Below, one piece after another: positions 38,820-47,755 of a stretch of 64,000 nt of DNA. Both the position numbers and the translations under genes were made by a program. The notes beneath the pieces were generated by a model that did not search any database, had not been told where the DNA came from, and saw nothing but the letters and a program-made list of their open reading frames with translations. Where the stretch lies: the sequence record OQ718158.1; one strand, written 5' to 3'. How positions within the stretch are numbered: the first letter of the stretch is position 1; each line of letters begins with the position of its first letter.

Positions 38820-38826
38820 GGTAGAC

Positions 38827-39015
38827 ATGAACACTTTTGAGTACTACTTCAATAAACTAAACCACATAGAACAAAGTATGCACAACTCATTTATTCAGCA
38901 CCATCAATCATCTGCACATGGAATTAAAAATATATCGATTGAGATTATCACTACCCGTGTACTGTCATCTGAACGTTATATGTATATTGATGTACTGAAA
39001 CTCATCTCTATGTAA
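38827..39015 (+). CDS. tandem mini-protein, subfamily A
   Basis: MNTFEYY; ends YIDVLKLI. Confidence 0.75.
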   Translation: MNTFEYYFNKLNHIEQSMHNSFIQHHQSSAHGIKNISIEIITTRVLSSERYMYIDVLKLISM

Positions 39016-39023
39016 GGAATAAT

Positions 39024-39203
39024 ATGCAAGAATACTATATAGAACACATAAGCATTAAAGACCGTTTCATGTACGACACCTTCGTGAAGTACTACAACCT
39101 GGCAACTAATAGTACTAAAAATATTAATCTCAATAGCTGCATTCATCACGCACTAACAAAAGATAATCCCTTCAGGGAAATCCTCGCTCTCGCATCTGTA
39201 TAA
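39024..39203 (+). CDS. tandem mini-protein, subfamily A (59 aa, not in ORF track)
   Basis: MQEYYIEHISIKDRF...FREILALASV; AAGGA SD; translated by hand. Confidence 0.7.
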   Translation: MQEYYIEHISIKDRFMYDTFVKYYNLATNSTKNINLNSCIHHALTKDNPFREILALASV

Positions 39204-39213
39204 AGGAAACCAA

Positions 39214-39873
39214 ATGAAACTTAATGCACACAGCAAACAATACCTTAAGCACTTTAAATACCTCAACAGTATTCAAGCAGAATCAGTTACATCATCTTAT
39301 ACGTATCACCCGAATATACTAAAGAAACGAAATAAAAAGAAAAAATCCAGAAATGTTCTCGTATCTAAGAACCTCAAATCGTACTTGAAGAAAAATAATA
39401 TAGCTCTTGCTTTTATTAATATCTATAATACTGATTTAAAAGTATTGAGTACTAATACCAGCACAAAAGCACTAAAGAATGCATCTATCTATATACACAT
39501 GGATAATATCCCGTGCACTATAATTCTATCTTTCGGGAATGTATACTTCTTCGGGAATTGTAATAGCACCCATGATATCAGTACTGCACAATTCCAAATC
39601 GGCGATATGTACTGCATGGGTTCAGAAAAAATACACGATAACATGCACTTCTTCCAAAAGCAACGTACTAACGAAACTGATACAGTACTGCAATTCCTCA
39701 AAGAATTACCAGGCAAAGAATTAACACCAGAAGAAGAATTCATGTACAGTACTGTAATCGATAATCCAGGACTCTATAAAAACGCGTACAAACTAACAAA
39801 ACATGTACAGGAACTTATCAGTACTGATAAGAAAATTCATCACCTCATTACGTATATTACAAACTATGTATAA
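39214..39873 (+). CDS. hypothetical protein, basic N-terminus, EE.xFQxS family
   Basis: LTPEEEFMYSTVID; paralog of 19835. Confidence 0.75.
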   Translation: MKLNAHSKQYLKHFKYLNSIQAESVTSSYTYHPNILKKRNKKKKSRNVLVSKNLKSYLKKNNIALAFINIYNTDLKVLSTNTSTKALKNASIYIHMDNIPCTIILSFGNVYFFGNCNSTHDISTAQFQIGDMYCMGSEKIHDNMHFFQKQRTNETDTVLQFLKELPGKELTPEEEFMYSTVIDNPGLYKNAYKLTKHVQELISTDKKIHHLITYITNYV

Positions 39874-40048
39874 AGAATACTACAAAGATAAAATCCCAAT
39901 GCATCTACAACACCATATACCAAACGTTGCATTGGGTATCAAAGATCACGCAAAGATAATGTTCCAACAATGTACTAAGTACACGCTCATATACGATGAT
40001 AATCCATATATGCTGTACTACGTAGTAATGCTAACATTCAGGTACTAA
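39866..40048 (+). CDS. tandem mini-protein, subfamily B
   Basis: start trimmed to MYKEYY; ends LYYVVMLTFRY. Confidence 0.75.
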   Translation: MYKEYYKDKIPMHLQHHIPNVALGIKDHAKIMFQQCTKYTLIYDDNPYMLYYVVMLTFRY

Positions 40049-40049
40049 T

Positions 40050-40229
40050 ATGCACAAACATAAAGAATTCTACCTCTCGTACCTTAATTCCGATATAGTA
40101 ACATCCAATACCTTCAGTACTAAAATTATCTATAATGAATTAATGAAAGAGTGTATTAAAGGTGCTATTAACCCTAAAGATACGTATGACTTGTACTATG
40201 CAGTACTAACCCTTGTTTTCACGAAATAA
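40050..40229 (+). CDS. tandem mini-protein, subfamily B (59 aa, not in ORF track)
   Basis: MHKHKEFYLSYL...ECIK...LYYAVLTLVFTK, translated by hand. Confidence 0.75.
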   Translation: MHKHKEFYLSYLNSDIVTSNTFSTKIIYNELMKECIKGAINPKDTYDLYYAVLTLVFTK

Positions 40230-40237
40230 CACATAAT

Positions 40238-40429
40238 ATGAATAACCACAAAGAATACTACATAGATAAACTCCCAATGCATCTACAATACCTTGTACCA
40301 ACAGAACCATTGGGTATAGAAAAAGACTACGAAAAAGACTACTTCGTTAAGTGCACTAAATCCTCGATAGATATTGAGGACTATAATCGAGTACTGTATC
40401 ACATCCTTTTACTAATATATAAGTACTAA
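40238..40429 (+). CDS. tandem mini-protein, subfamily B
   Basis: MNNHKEYY..LP..F..C..LY.ILLLIY.Y. Confidence 0.78.
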   Translation: MNNHKEYYIDKLPMHLQYLVPTEPLGIEKDYEKDYFVKCTKSSIDIEDYNRVLYHILLLIYKY

Positions 40430-40430
40430 T

Positions 40431-40619
40431 ATGAATAACCACAAAGAATACTACATACAATTTCTCCCCAGTATTTTTGAACACTACGCCAGATATAAAG
40501 TCCCCCTGGATAACGATTTGGCAGTACTGGGATTCAATAACTGCATAGAACGAAGTATAGAAAATAGTAGTAGTTATGACCAATTATATAACACTATCCT
40601 ACTTATATTCAGGTACTAA
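40431..40619 (+). CDS. tandem mini-protein, subfamily B
   Basis: same pattern as 40238. Confidence 0.78.
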   Translation: MNNHKEYYIQFLPSIFEHYARYKVPLDNDLAVLGFNNCIERSIENSSSYDQLYNTILLIFRY

Positions 40620-40620
40620 T

Positions 40621-40812
40621 GTGTATAAAGAATACTACATAAAAGATTTACCACCGCACCTTCAAGGTAATCTGTTAGAAGATGAACCTCGCGGTATCAA
40701 TGCTCAAAACGATAAAGTGTACTTTACTATGTGCACTAAAGCATGTATACTAGATTTTGACAGCTATCATCGAGTACTGTATCATGTACTGTACCTAGCT
40801 TTCGTGTACTAA
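40621..40812 (+). CDS. tandem mini-protein, subfamily B
   Basis: GTG start 40621 (VYKEYY); closest to 40238. Confidence 0.72.
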   Translation: MYKEYYIKDLPPHLQGNLLEDEPRGINAQNDKVYFTMCTKACILDFDSYHRVLYHVLYLAFVY

Positions 40813-40822
40813 AGAGGCCAAT

Positions 40823-41029
40823 ATGAACGAACAGAAAGAATTTTACACCAAACACCTCAGTGCATCAGAACAAATGTTTCTAAGGAGTGTATCACCTTTA
40901 AGTTTAGATACACCACACGCCAGAGATTGTTTTAATAATTGTATACGTATTACTCTAGAAGCTTTAGAAAATAATAACAAAAATATTCAGTACTCAGGCG
41001 TAATGGGACTAATATTCTTCTATGAATAA
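40823..41029 (+). CDS. tandem mini-protein, subfamily B (paralog of 41403)
   Basis: KHLSASEQMFLR..PLS.DT...NNCI. Confidence 0.78.
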   Translation: MNEQKEFYTKHLSASEQMFLRSVSPLSLDTPHARDCFNNCIRITLEALENNNKNIQYSGVMGLIFFYE

Positions 41030-41210
41030 CAAAGAATTCTACATAAACCATCTGGAACTAAACTCCCAAATGCTTATACCACTAAACCCAATAGATATCA
41101 AGGATAAGAAAAATACCCAACAATTCATTTACCATACACAGTGTGCTATCACTCCAGATTATAATACATATAAACTGTACTACATTCTCGCCCTAATATA
41201 CAGGTACTAA
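41022..41210 (+). CDS. tandem mini-protein, subfamily B
   Basis: MNNKEFY...LYYILALIYRY. Confidence 0.78.
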   Translation: MNNKEFYINHLELNSQMLIPLNPIDIKDKKNTQQFIYHTQCAITPDYNTYKLYYILALIYRY

Positions 41211-41211
41211 T

Positions 41212-41397
41212 ATGCATAGAGAATACTACACACAATTTGTTAAAGGGAACTACAAACACGCCGTCCCCGTAAACCCCTTAAATTCTAATGACCCAAGTAC
41301 TATATTCTTGTTCCATGACGCAATACGTACAGTACTCAATACTAAAGATGAACAGGTGCAGTACGTATTCTTACTATTACTTATATACAGACACTAA
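41212..41397 (+). CDS. tandem mini-protein, subfamily B
   Basis: MHREYY...LLLIYRH. Confidence 0.75.
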   Translation: MHREYYTQFVKGNYKHAVPVNPLNSNDPSTIFLFHDAIRTVLNTKDEQVQYVFLLLLIYRH

Positions 41398-41402
41398 CTA
41401 AT

Positions 41403-41612
41403 ATGAATAAAGAACATAAAGAATACTACTCCAAACACCTCAGCCCCTCAGAACAAATGTTTCTAAGGACTACAGCACCTTTAAGTACTGATACATATTT
41501 CGGCAGATTATGCTACAATAATTGTATTCAAATGACTTTAAACGCAAACGACAATAATAACAGTACTAACCTGTACTCAGGCATCATAGGTATACTATTT
41601 CTATATGAATAA
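41403..41612 (+). CDS. tandem mini-protein, subfamily B (paralog of 40823)
   Basis: KHLSPSEQMFLR..PLS.DT...NNCI. Confidence 0.78.
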   Translation: MNKEHKEYYSKHLSPSEQMFLRTTAPLSTDTYFGRLCYNNCIQMTLNANDNNNSTNLYSGIIGILFLYE

Positions 41613-41787
41613 AGAACATAAAGACTTCTATATAAGAAAACTAACATTCGTCCCCGTAAAAATATATAAAGAATGCGACCCAAGATTATACCTATGGCAC
41701 TTCAATGAGTGCATAAAAGATTCTATATACCCTAAGAACTACAAAGAACAATTGTGCTCAGTACTAACCCTAGTACTATCATATTAA
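41605..41787 (+). CDS. tandem mini-protein, subfamily B
   Basis: HKDFYI.KL..F.ECIK..VL.LV. Confidence 0.75.
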   Translation: MNKEHKDFYIRKLTFVPVKIYKECDPRLYLWHFNECIKDSIYPKNYKEQLCSVLTLVLSY

Positions 41788-41800
41788 TAGAGATAATACT

Positions 41801-41983
41801 ATGCATAAAGACTTCTATATAAGTAAACTCAAAGAGAATGAACAAGCATGGGTTAACAATTTAATCCCCCTGGCAATGACTCAATACGAATTTAATATGT
41901 GTACAAAGATTGTTTTAACTAGTAATGATATCTCTAATACGTACTACTTCCTATTAAGAGTACTATATGGTACTTTGAAATAA
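41801..41983 (+). CDS. tandem mini-protein, subfamily B
   Basis: MHKDFYISKL..QAW..FN.CT. Confidence 0.75.
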   Translation: MHKDFYISKLKENEQAWVNNLIPLAMTQYEFNMCTKIVLTSNDISNTYYFLLRVLYGTLK

Positions 41984-41994
41984 TAAGGTATACT

Positions 41995-42201
41995 ATGCAG
42001 AACATAAAAAACTATAAAGAGTACTATATAAGTAAACTACCACCGACTGACCAAGCATGGATTAGATCTATAATAGTACTGGCATTTAATAGATATGCAT
42101 TTAACAGATGTACCGAGATTGCTATAGACCCTTATAATATTAAAGAGAATGTACAGCATAATCAGTACTACTATATGTTAATGCTTATATATAGGAAGTA
42201 A
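41995..42201 (+). CDS. tandem mini-protein, subfamily B
   Basis: YKEYYISKL..QAW..FN.CT; last gene of the operon. Confidence 0.75.
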   Translation: MQNIKNYKEYYISKLPPTDQAWIRSIIVLAFNRYAFNRCTEIAIDPYNIKENVQHNQYYYMLMLIYRK

Positions 42202-42546
42202 TTCAACATATAGACAGGGGGAAGCTCCGCAGGGAAAGCATTGGACAGGCTTTAACATATGTTATATATGTTAAAATTCAGCCTGGACAAATGCGATCAC
42301 TAGGATTCTCCCCAGGCTAAACCCCGTAATCATATGTAGTCATAAGTAATCATATATAAACATTTAAGTAATCATTTATAATCACTGTAGTGATCAGTAG
42401 TGAGTACTAGAGTGTAATAGAGTACAGGAATGTGCACGTTTAATCAAGAACGTAGCAGTACTGATATGTCACTAAAGTAGGCAGAGGAAGTCTGCCGTAC
42501 TTTGTAGTTTCCAAGCTCCTTTTCCATTTTGCAAATTACATCAAAT

Positions 42547-42574
42547 GTAATCAAAAGTAATCAAAAGTAATCAC
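42547..42574. repeat. GTAATCAAAA tandem repeat (about 3 copies)
   Basis: direct reading; further TAATCA copies at about 42327-42385. Confidence 0.8.
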
Positions 42575-42623
42575 GCAATGATTAGTACTGAATTATTACT
42601 TTCACCTTAATTTCAATTACCCC

Positions 42624-42641
42624 TTTACCCTTCGGGGTAAA
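42624..42641. terminator. UUCG-tetraloop hairpin
   Basis: TTTACCC-TTCG-GGGTAAA. Confidence 0.55.
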
Positions 42642-42850
42642 ATTCCATTACCCCTTGAGGCTCCAGCAAAAAGTTGGTTAGTACTCCATCCTAAATCTCG
42701 ATCCTAAAAATTTTGGAGTACCTATGAAATAAAAGTTGGATCTTCGAAATTTGAAATTTACGTTGGGACGTTTATGATTTGTGGGATATAATGATGTTTG
42801 TAGTCGGGTAGTTTTCAAGAATATCAGCACTGAATAATGAAAGAAAGCTA

Positions 42851-42878
42851 TTGACATTATGATTCAGTACTGTATAAT
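42851..42878 (+). promoter_or_regulatory. sigma70 promoter with no downstream ORF
   Basis: TTGACA-16-TATAAT with AGTACT before the -10. Confidence 0.75.
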
Positions 42879-43281
42879 GTTCTACATAGGGTGATGAGTT
42901 GCTGCGAACAATTCATTTACTCTACCTCCTGTCGTGAGACAGTACAGAAAAGATAGTTCCTCCTGTGGTGGTACATCTTTTTGAACCTCATATGAAAATC
43001 GTAATAACAGTACTGATATTAACAGAATGGTGTCAGTACTGATTTTAATCTAAAGCATTATGCCACCAGCACAAGCTGGTGGATTCCCTCTAACAGTATT
43101 CAGTACTACATGATGGTCTTCATCCTCCTAGGGTAACATAGTGAGGGCTATGATGGCAGTACTGAATACTCCCTTTCAAAAGATAGATCTATGGTATAGT
43201 ACTGACGGATTTTGGGCGTAGTTACCCTGGATGGATTTTGGACGTAGATATGTCTAGCCCTCCAGAAGTCTGGAAGTAAAG

Positions 43282-43393
43282 ATGGCTATCCATCTAGACG
43301 GCTAAACGGCTAGATTTCTGGATGGCTAGATGGCTAGACGTTTGGACGGCTAAACGGCTAGATGGTTACACGTCTGGAAGTATAGACGGCTAA
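43282..43393. repeat. A(C/T)GGCTA(A/G) octamer cluster, 8 copies
   Basis: copies at 43282, 43298, 43306, 43322, 43330, 43346, 43354, 43386; GACGGCTAAACGGCTAGAT repeated at 48 bp spacing. Confidence 0.85.
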
Positions 43394-44234
43394 ATCAAAA
43401 TTTTATTTTGTTTTTCCAATAGTTCCCCTACCGCGTGGGGATAGTTTCCCCGCAGTATCTGGAGTTAGATTTTTCTGAATCTGGAATCATTATCTTATAA
43501 ACTGGGGGCAATGTCAACGACCTGGACGGATATTTTTAAAAATTTTTTCAGTACTGAATTTTGGGCGTAACTATGCACCCGGTGGGCTTGAGTCTTTCTC
43601 GACTTGATGGAACTATTATACAGTACTGAAAAAATAAAGCAATACCCTGGAAGCAAAAAAGTTTTAATTAATTTGCTTGCTATCCTGGGCCGGACTATGG
43701 TACTATATTTCAGTACTGAGAAAGTGCGTTTACCTGCTAGGGTGCGGGAGTGTATCCTTTTTTTATATCTTGAATTTTGGGCGTAATTCCGCACCCTCTG
43801 GGGTTTCCGCTTTCTCGCGTCTATGTAGTAATTATACGCTTTTTCAGGATCAAGTCAATACCTAAAAACAAAATAATTGAAAATAATTTAACGCGTTTAA
43901 ACGGCCCGTAAAGCCCTGGAATGATTGGAATGGTGCAAATGTATAGCTTAGGTGTATTAATGCGTTAGAATGCGTCTGAGGCCGTTTTACGGGGTATAGG
44001 GATGATTTGGTGGATTGATTCAGTACTGAATGATAGTACTACTATATAGAAAGATAGTTCCCCTGGATGGTTGCAGTACTGAATGATAGTACTGAATAAT
44101 AGTTCCCCTATATAGAAAGAAAACTATTTTAAAAGTATTTGTAGAAAGTACTTGCAAACTAAGTTTAACGGCGTATAATGTTTTACATCGAGAGCGGGAA
44201 CACTTCCCGCTACATATTACGAGAGATTAAAACG

Positions 44235-44597
44235 ATGGCGACTCAAATCACTAAAATTATTGCTAACCTGGTTAACTTTCGCGACGAGATGAAAGATCTT
44301 CCGGCAGAAACGGTAAAAATTCACATTTCAGCTTATCGGGAACTTATTGCAATGTTACCGCTTAAGCGTGAACAATACGCCGCGACCGTGATGCTTGATG
44401 CGATGATCCATAAGATGATCGCCAGTGATTTAACGATGGTTTATCAGTATATGGGCGAAAATTTCGCGGTGTATAGTAAACCAGTACCAGGAATGGAAAG
44501 TACAGAAGTATTACACGGTTTAAATTTAAAACAAGATGCATGGGATAATATGCCTCGTTTCCTGGTATGGGCTGACAGTGGCAAGATTTACGAATAA
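44235..44597 (+). CDS. early hypothetical protein
   Basis: true start MATQ 44235; upstream MFYIE extension is promoter DNA. Confidence 0.75.
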   Translation: MATQITKIIANLVNFRDEMKDLPAETVKIHISAYRELIAMLPLKREQYAATVMLDAMIHKMIASDLTMVYQYMGENFAVYSKPVPGMESTEVLHGLNLKQDAWDNMPRFLVWADSGKIYE

Positions 44598-44691
44598 GTT
44601 TTAAAAAGTACTTGCAAACTAAGTTTAAAAGCGTATAATGTTTTACATCAGGTGGGGAATAGTTCCCCACTATAATTAAGAGATTAATTTC

Positions 44692-44925
44692 ATGAGTACT
44701 ATTTTAACTGTTTCTCAATCCGTTGCACTGACTGACCTATTAAACGCTTTAAGCCGTTGCACTGAGGTTGGCTTGTTTGATGTGGTAGACGTTGCACCGG
44801 ACGTTATTAATCATTTTTGTGATGCGATGGAAGAATGTAAGGAAGATGATAGCCGTATGATGGCGGTCGCCTTTGAGGAAGTACAACCAGGTGAGATCAA
44901 AGGTTTACCAGTACTGAAAAAATAG
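44692..44925 (+). CDS. early hypothetical protein
   Basis: own promoter cassette and SD. Confidence 0.7.
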   Translation: MSTILTVSQSVALTDLLNALSRCTEVGLFDVVDVAPDVINHFCDAMEECKEDDSRMMAVAFEEVQPGEIKGLPVLKK

Positions 44926-45007
44926 TACTTGCAAACTAAGTTTAAAAGCGTATAATACTTTCTATCAGGTGGGGAATAGTTCCCCACTATATAAGAGGAT
45001 TTAAAAA

Positions 45008-45247
45008 ATGGCTAAATCAAAAATGTTCTTAGGTCACAAAAACAAAACTCATTGGAATGTAAGCCTTTGGATTAATAACGATGAGTCATTGTACCGGTTG
45101 GCCCAGGACTTTATTAACGATAGCACTAATCGCAATGATGCGGCCCGTCATATGATGTTATTTTTAGAACAGACTGGACAAGATAAAACACCGGACGGAT
45201 TCAAATATAGCACTACTGCGATCCGTGCGGCGATGGTTGGAATGTAA
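45008..45247 (+). CDS. early conserved phage protein (paralog of 47111)
   Basis: GHKNKTHWNVSLWINNDESLYRLA...TPDGFKYS. Confidence 0.8.
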   Translation: MAKSKMFLGHKNKTHWNVSLWINNDESLYRLAQDFINDSTNRNDAARHMMLFLEQTGQDKTPDGFKYSTTAIRAAMVGM

Positions 45248-45335
45248 TAGAATAGAATTTATTTAAAGTACTATTGCACGGGGATAGTACTTTATAATAG
45301 TGTTTTATTCATACACCAACGATAAGGGCAACAGC

Positions 45336-45602
45336 ATGAATATTAAGTATTTTGCGACGCGTGAACAAGCTCGGATCGCCGCACGGCAGGACGGGGCAAC
45401 GTTTAAAGATATGGGCGTACAATCGGAACGTGGTAAACGTTGGGCCATTGTAAAGCGTAGTACCGCCAGATCATTACAGTACTGGTTAGCGGCCTTAAAA
45501 AGTCCCGATAGTGTATCGCGTCGAGTGGTAGAAATAAAGCTCGACCGAAAGGGCAACCGCGTGACTGTGTACCGTACTAAAAAGATTGCAGTACTTGAAT
45601 AA
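45336..45602 (+). CDS. early hypothetical protein (paralog of 57850)
   Basis: ATRE.AR..AR..GA.FKDMG...DRKGNRVTVY. Confidence 0.75.
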   Translation: MNIKYFATREQARIAARQDGATFKDMGVQSERGKRWAIVKRSTARSLQYWLAALKSPDSVSRRVVEIKLDRKGNRVTVYRTKKIAVLE

Positions 45603-45689
45603 AAAGTACTTGCAAACTATGTTTAATGGCGTATAATGTTTTACATCGAGAGCGGGAACACTTCCCGCCTATAACCTGGAGTAATAAAA

Positions 45690-45920
45690 ATGACTAATAT
45701 GTATATGACTGAAGTTAAAACCGTAAAAGATACTACCACGAATAAAACTACTTACTTACAGCGGATCTGCGGTGTATGGCAACGTATCAGCAAATCAAAG
45801 TACTTTAAATTAACATCATATGCAAACCGTTCGGATTCATTCAGTACTGAAATAAAAGGTAATAAAGTACACCAATACGGCACTTATTATTATTATAGCC
45901 TGGACGCGATTGCAGTCTAA
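45690..45920 (+). CDS. early hypothetical protein
   Basis: promoter cassette, GGAG SD. Confidence 0.7.
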   Translation: MTNMYMTEVKTVKDTTTNKTTYLQRICGVWQRISKSKYFKLTSYANRSDSFSTEIKGNKVHQYGTYYYYSLDAIAV

Positions 45921-46202
45921 GCAGTTTACAAATCTTTACAATTGCCGGTATTGACTTATTTTGTCAGTACTGGCATAATGTATTCATTGGCAGATAAGCC
46001 GTAGCCCATAGGGTGCGGGAGTGTATCTATAGAAAAATTAGTTTAGTACAGTTACAATTGTGCACCCGGTGGGTTAGCTGTTGTCATGGGGTATATTATG
46101 CCAGTACTTGATAATGCTGTCAATACTTTTTTAATATTCAGTACTGAAAACTATTTTTAAAAAGTACTTGCAAACTATGTTTAAAGGCGTATAATGTTTT
46201 AC

Positions 46203-46277
46203 ATCAGGACGGGGAACGAAATAAGTAACTTCCCGTTAAGTAGCCCAGGAGTAAGGCACACGAAAAACTCCCCTGAT
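46203..46277 (+). ncRNA. candidate structured small RNA with H-type pseudoknot (copy A)
   Basis: starts at +1 of promoter 46168-46195; ATCAGG/CCTGAT closing stem; GCC/GGC and GGAG/CTCC pseudoknot; no ORF. Confidence 0.75.
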
Positions 46278-46345
46278 AAAATAGTTTGACAATTGTTTTT
46301 AAAAGCGTATAATACTTACATCAACTACTGAATGAGGGTTACAAA

Positions 46346-47020
46346 ATGAAAACTATCACTACTACTACTTTCGTTATGGATTTTTCTGAATTGAATGAGG
46401 GTTGCAAAGCGAAAACTGTCACTAATACTACTTTCGTTATGGATTTTTCTGAATTGAACGCAGAACAAAAAACGTCAGCTATCGAACTGGTTCGGGAACG
46501 TGAAAAAAACTTAAACGATGATTATTTTTCTGAAAGTGAAATTGAATACTATAAAGAAACAGTACTACCGGAATATGGCATTAATGACGCTGAAATACAA
46601 TTCAGTGGTTTTTGGTCCCAGGGTGACGGTGCATCAATCAGTACTGACCACGTTGACGCAGTGAAGTTTTTACGCAAGGTAAGAGCATTAACTAAATATC
46701 GCTCAATCCGTCACTTGCTGAATGAAGATGATTTGGCGATGAGTGTAAAGCGTTCTCACTCCCACTACTCGCATGAGAATACTGTAAGCGGGTACATTGA
46801 ATCGGCTTACACTGATTTAACCGCAAAACAAGAAACGTTAGTTAATGAGCTTGAGGAACTACTCACTGAAACTATTCGTGAATTATCCCGCAAGTTGTAC
46901 CGTGATTTAGAGAATGCATATGAGGATCAATTCACTACTGAAAACATTACGGCACTGATTGAGGGTAACGAATATCAATTCAATGTTATTAATGGCGTAG
47001 TAGAATCAATCGAATATTAA
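46346..47020 (+). CDS. acidic early protein (FSGFWSQGDGA family) with 21-aa N-terminal duplication
   Basis: own promoter; IQFSGFWSQGDGAS motif. Confidence 0.8.
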   Translation: MKTITTTTFVMDFSELNEGCKAKTVTNTTFVMDFSELNAEQKTSAIELVREREKNLNDDYFSESEIEYYKETVLPEYGINDAEIQFSGFWSQGDGASISTDHVDAVKFLRKVRALTKYRSIRHLLNEDDLAMSVKRSHSHYSHENTVSGYIESAYTDLTAKQETLVNELEELLTETIRELSRKLYRDLENAYEDQFTTENITALIEGNEYQFNVINGVVESIEY

Positions 47021-47110
47021 TTTAAAAAGTACTTGCAAACTAAGTTTAAAGGCGTATAATACTTTATATCGAGGCGGGGAGTGGTTCCCCGCTCAAACGA
47101 GGATTAAAAA

Positions 47111-47350
47111 ATGGCTAGTACTAAAACTTACAACGGGCACAAAAACAAAACTCATTGGAATGTTTCCTTATGGATTAATAACGGTGAGTCATTGTATCGG
47201 CTTGCTCAAAGTTGCATCGCACAAAGTAGAACTAAAGATATTGCTGCGGAATGTATGTACCGCAGATTAAAAGCCAACGGTACTACTACAACGCCGGACG
47301 GATTCAAGTATAGCACTACGGCGATCCGTGCTGCAATGGTTGGAATGTAA
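47111..47350 (+). CDS. early conserved phage protein (paralog of 45008)
   Basis: NGHKNKTHWNVSLWINNGESLYRLA...TPDGFKYSTTAIRAAMVGM. Confidence 0.8.
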   Translation: MASTKTYNGHKNKTHWNVSLWINNGESLYRLAQSCIAQSRTKDIAAECMYRRLKANGTTTTPDGFKYSTTAIRAAMVGM

Positions 47351-47408
47351 TATTCAGTACTGTAACAATGGCGGGGAATGGTTCCCGCCTTTATTGAGGG
47401 TTTATCTA

Positions 47409-47669
47409 ATGAGTAAAGTAATTAGCTATACAGTACTAAGCAAGTCATTATCTATTAGCCAGTGCACCGATGGTTATTGGCTATTTGATGAAACGCGTGG
47501 AATGAATTTAGCTATGCGTGCAAAAACTGCTGAGGCGGCGTATCTTGAGGCACTGGAATACTACCAGGAACGTTTAACGGAAGTAGAAGAAGATTATAAA
47601 AGCCTCAAAGCGAAAGTAGATCATTTCGTCGGTCAATTCATCGAGGAAGACGACGACAAACAATATTGA
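47409..47669 (+). CDS. early hypothetical protein, coiled-coil C-terminus
   Basis: true start MSKV 47409, GAGG SD. Confidence 0.72.
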   Translation: MSKVISYTVLSKSLSISQCTDGYWLFDETRGMNLAMRAKTAEAAYLEALEYYQERLTEVEEDYKSLKAKVDHFVGQFIEEDDDKQY

Positions 47670-47755
47670 AAAAGTACTTGCAATTAGTTTTAAGTACTGT
47701 ATAATGGTTTACATCAAAGGGAGAAATGGTTCTCCCTGGTAATGAGGAAAATAAA

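Noticed and set aside
18633-42201. Diversity-generating retroelement behind the paralog arrays
   Set aside because: No reverse transcriptase and no TR/VR pair differing only at adenines was seen in the window.
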